A DNA stretch of 64,000 nucleotides from Candidatus Moraniibacteriota bacterium (GTDB lineage Bacteria > Patescibacteriota > Minisyncoccia > Moranbacterales > UBA2206). Both the position numbers and the translations under genes were made by a program. Positions 61,694 through 64,000 of the stretch are shown one piece after another. The stretch's first letter is position 1, and each line of letters starts with the position of its first letter. Below the pieces are notes generated by a model. That model made no database searches, was not told where the DNA came from, and saw nothing but the letters and a program-made list of their open reading frames with translations. Location of the stretch: the NCBI GenBank assembly GCA_038203255.1, contig JBBREE010000001.1, positions 31,882 through 95,881 of the forward strand, written 5' to 3'.

Positions 61694-62092
61694 CTATTCC
61701 TTTTCTTCAAACCTCAGCGCCACGCCGTTCATACAATATCTTTTGCCGGTCGGAGGCGGACCATCAGGGAAGACATGCCCGAGATGAGAGTCACAGCGAG
61801 CACAAAGAACTTCTGTCCTCAAAGTCCCGGCGCTCCAATCCTCTTTTTCCTCCAAATTTTCCTCGGCGTATGGTTCATTAAAACTCGGCCAGCCGGTGCC
61901 GGAATCAAATTTTTTGCCGAATTTGAAAAGTGGCAAATCGCACGCCGCGCAATGATACGTGCCTTCACCCTTATCTTGTTTCAGCTCGCAAGAAAAAGGA
62001 TGCTCCGTATTTTTCTCGCGCATAACGGAAAACTGCTCCGGCATCAAAATCTCTTCCCACTCTTTTTCAGTTTTTTTAATTTTCTTAATCAT
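61694..62092 (-). CDS. msrB: peptide-methionine (R)-S-oxide reductase
   Basis: CxxC...CxxC zinc site, HLGHVF, and the RYCMNG catalytic Cys motif. Confidence 0.9.
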   Translation of the reverse strand: MIKKIKKTEKEWEEILMPEQFSVMREKNTEHPFSCELKQDKGEGTYHCAACDLPLFKFGKKFDSGTGWPSFNEPYAEENLEEKEDWSAGTLRTEVLCARCDSHLGHVFPDGPPPTGKRYCMNGVALRFEEKE

Positions 62093-62146
62093 AAAATTAC
62101 CATTCTATACTCACAGTTTAGTAACAAAATTATATTTGATTTATTA

Positions 62147-62677
62147 TTACTTCAAAAAATTCTGAAAATTTTCGCGCAACTTTTTCAATTTTGGATCAAT
62201 GATAATCTGACAATATGGGGCACTCTGATTCTTTTCATAATATTTCTCATGATAATCTTCAGCCGGATAAAATTCGTCCAACTTTTCTATTTCAGTCACG
62301 ACATTAATCCCATCTTTTTCCATAAGACTAGCGATACTTTCTTCTGCGGTTTTCTTCTGCTCCGGCGAAGTGTAAAAAATCACTGATCGATATTGCGTCC
62401 CCACGTCATTGCCTTGACGGTTTCTGGTCGTCGGATCATGCGTTCCGAAAAAGACGGCTAGGAGATCTGAAAAATCAATCTCGTTAAGATTATATTCAAT
62501 TTCCACGGACTCGGCGTGTCCTGTTTTCCCGCCGGACACTTGTTCATAAGTCGGGTTTTTTACATTTCCCCCGGCGTATCCTGGACGAGCGGACAAAACA
62601 CCCCTTAAGCCTAGAAAGATTGCTTCAGTGCACCAAAAACATCCTCCAGCAAAAACTATTTTTTCATTCTTTTCCAT
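62147..62677 (-). CDS. msrA: peptide-methionine (S)-S-oxide reductase
   Basis: FAGGCFWCTEA active-site motif. Confidence 0.9.
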   Translation of the reverse strand: MEKNEKIVFAGGCFWCTEAIFLGLRGVLSARPGYAGGNVKNPTYEQVSGGKTGHAESVEIEYNLNEIDFSDLLAVFFGTHDPTTRNRQGNDVGTQYRSVIFYTSPEQKKTAEESIASLMEKDGINVVTEIEKLDEFYPAEDYHEKYYEKNQSAPYCQIIIDPKLKKLRENFQNFLK

Positions 62678-62742
62678 AATCTTTTTACAACTTAAGACTT
62701 ACACATAATATAATACAAGTATTTTTAGAATTTATTTGAATT

Positions 62743-63465
62743 TTATTCTTGGCCTATCAAGGCGCCGCCATCTATCCAATCTGAAAGTGCTGATTTTGCT
62801 TGGACATAGCCCAGGATATTAATACTCGTTCCTTTATGAACTCCCAAATGAAGATGCTTCCTTTCGCCGTCTGTTTCCGGGCTGTCATTAGCTCCCAAAA
62901 TTCCCAGCTCGTCCCCAGCTGAAATTTTTTCTCCGACTTTAAAATTAATACTAGCCAGTTTCAAATGTCCATAAATTATCGTAACGGACGCTCCGTCCAA
63001 AGAACAACTCTCCACTGCCACCCCACCATAGCCCGAGGCATATTTTTTCAACGCTAATTTTCCATCACAAATAGCTGAAACCGGAACGTCGACATTAAGT
63101 TCCTCCGGAAAAATTTCAAAATCCGTGCCAGTATGATAACCATAAAATTTTTCCGGGCTCACTGGAGAATTTTGCGACGTTATAAAAATCCCAAAAGGTT
63201 TTTTAGTCACCCGTTCGGAAGCACGATTTAGCGGTGGCAGAAAACCACTGGCATTTTTTACCCCTGGATTATTTTGAACCTCCGGGGAAATTTGGGAAGA
63301 ATTATTTTTATCCGCACCGGGATTATTATTTAAATCACTTTGTGGAGGTGCGGGAGTTTGATGAAGAGCCGGCGATGCAGAAAAAAAATAGGCTTTTAAA
63401 ATAACCACTATCGCTAAAACGATCAATGGTAAAAAAAGAAATAGGAATATTTTTCTTTTTGTCAT
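62743..63465 (-). CDS. M23 family metallopeptidase (LytM domain)
   Basis: N-terminal TM and a P/N-rich linker. HTGTDF...(D) and HLHLGVH zinc-ligand motifs. Confidence 0.75.
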   Translation of the reverse strand: MTKRKIFLFLFLPLIVLAIVVILKAYFFSASPALHQTPAPPQSDLNNNPGADKNNSSQISPEVQNNPGVKNASGFLPPLNRASERVTKKPFGIFITSQNSPVSPEKFYGYHTGTDFEIFPEELNVDVPVSAICDGKLALKKYASGYGGVAVESCSLDGASVTIIYGHLKLASINFKVGEKISAGDELGILGANDSPETDGERKHLHLGVHKGTSINILGYVQAKSALSDWIDGGALIGQE

Positions 63466-63527
63466 GACTTTAAAGTGTTACATCTATAATACACTCCTTT
63501 TTACAAATAATTCTAAAAAGAAGAAAT

Positions 63528-63558
63528 AAAAATCAGCTTTCGCTGATTTTTATACAAA
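63528..63558. terminator. bidirectional hairpin terminator
   Basis: aaaaatcagctttcgctgattttta. Confidence 0.55.
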
Positions 63559-63568
63559 GATGATTTCT

Positions 63569-63642
63569 TGGTCGGAGTGCTGGGAATCGAACCCAGTCAA
63601 TATGCTCCCAAAGCATACGTACTACCGGTATACGACACTCCG
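63569..63642 (-). tRNA. tRNA-Pro (TGG), CCA encoded
   Basis: Acceptor CGGAGTG/CACTCCG, D-stem GTAT/GTAC (G-U), anticodon stem TATGC/GCATA with loop TTTGGGA (anticodon TGG), T-arm CTGGG-TTCGATT-CCCAG, discriminator A, then CCA. Confidence 0.85.
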
Positions 63643-63761
63643 TAACTAACTTAAGTATAATATATGTATTCAGCTCTTAAGTCAATAACTAAATTATTTT
63701 AACGGTTTTTATTATAAGTAATGTTACATATATTACCACGTAACAAAAGAATAACAAAATC

Positions 63762-63790
63762 CCGCTTTTAAACGGGATTTTATTACTGTC
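63762..63790 (-). terminator. hairpin terminator 3' of hup
   Basis: aaatcccgcttttaaacgggatttt. Confidence 0.55.
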
Positions 63791-63817
63791 TTTTATCTTC
63801 AAAAACAAATCTGAAAA

Positions 63818-64000
63818 TTATTTGATGGCTTCTTTTAAAGCTTTACCTGCTGTAAACTTAGGAATATTCATTGCCGGGATGGTAATTTTTTCCATAGTCT
63901 GAGGGTTAATTCCTATGCGTGGTGCCCTTTTGGAAACACGAAAAGTTCCGAAGCCTGTTAAGGTGACTTTCTCATCATTTTTAAGCGCCTTAGTAACTTC
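63818..64000 (-). CDS. hup: DNA-binding protein HU, partial (N-terminus beyond the window)
   Basis: The minus-strand frame ends ...EVTKALKNDEKVTLTGFGTFRVSKRAPRIGINPQTMEKITIPAMNIPKFTAGKALKEAIK*, which carries the HU/IHF arm signature (GFGxFxVxxRxxRxGRNPxTGExIxIPA). Confidence 0.85.
   Translation of the reverse strand, partial: EVTKALKNDEKVTLTGFGTFRVSKRAPRIGINPQTMEKITIPAMNIPKFTAGKALKEAIK

Noticed and set aside
1-64000. CRISPR arrays, rRNA genes, intact integrase or transposase
   Set aside because: No array of regularly spaced direct repeats and no rRNA-like conserved stretches were found. The only transposase signal is the 59-aa ISL3 C-terminal remnant.

Overview
This is a low-GC bacterial chromosomal window with dense, mostly minus-strand housekeeping genes. 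From the left edge these are rpsL (partial), an M50 protease, rpmB, ndk, recA, rodZ-like and ftsK. From about 49.6 kb to the right edge they are rpoD, dnaG, rpoC, rpoB, a TsaB-like stub, an amidase, tRNA-Gly, msrB, msrA, an M23 peptidase, tRNA-Pro and hup (partial). Several features suggest a Patescibacteria/CPR-like genome, which is an inference: a lysine-rich N-terminal extension on RpoD, a repetitive acidic C-terminal tail on RecA, a long-form Ndk and many small genes. The middle of the window is accessory in character. It carries a MarR-regulated RND efflux operon next to an ECF sigma module. It carries an ArsR–thioredoxin-like–ArsP cassette whose promoter overlaps a perfect operator palindrome. 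It carries CsoR–CopA copper export with a CsoR-type ATACCT-C7-AGGTAT operator. It also carries a split NOX-like reductase pair, a SET-domain protein, P-type ATPases, CorA and UppP. The most unusual part is the tRNA-Asn neighbourhood, roughly 7.1–20.1 kb. Upstream of the tRNA is a 462-aa unknown protein that may contain a RelA/SpoT-like nucleotidyltransferase domain, followed by a tiny Cys-motif membrane protein. Immediately downstream is a divergent CofD/YvcK-family protein convergent with a 346-aa protein of no recognisable family. Beyond that lies a mosaic, rearranged region with six elements. There are two paralogous 55-aa AbrB/SpoVT-like ORFs 6.4 kb apart. There is a 36-nt repeat ending in GGAGCCA, in two exact copies, whose left and right halves recombine in att-like fashion. 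There is a Fic protein whose catalytic motif is degenerate (QPFEDGNKR). There is a GIY-YIG remnant and an ISL3-type transposase C-terminal remnant. The transposase remnant is fused to a duplicated 5' fragment of ddl. No CRISPR array, rRNA or intact transposase or integrase was found. tRNA-Gly and tRNA-Pro encode CCA; tRNA-Asn does not.
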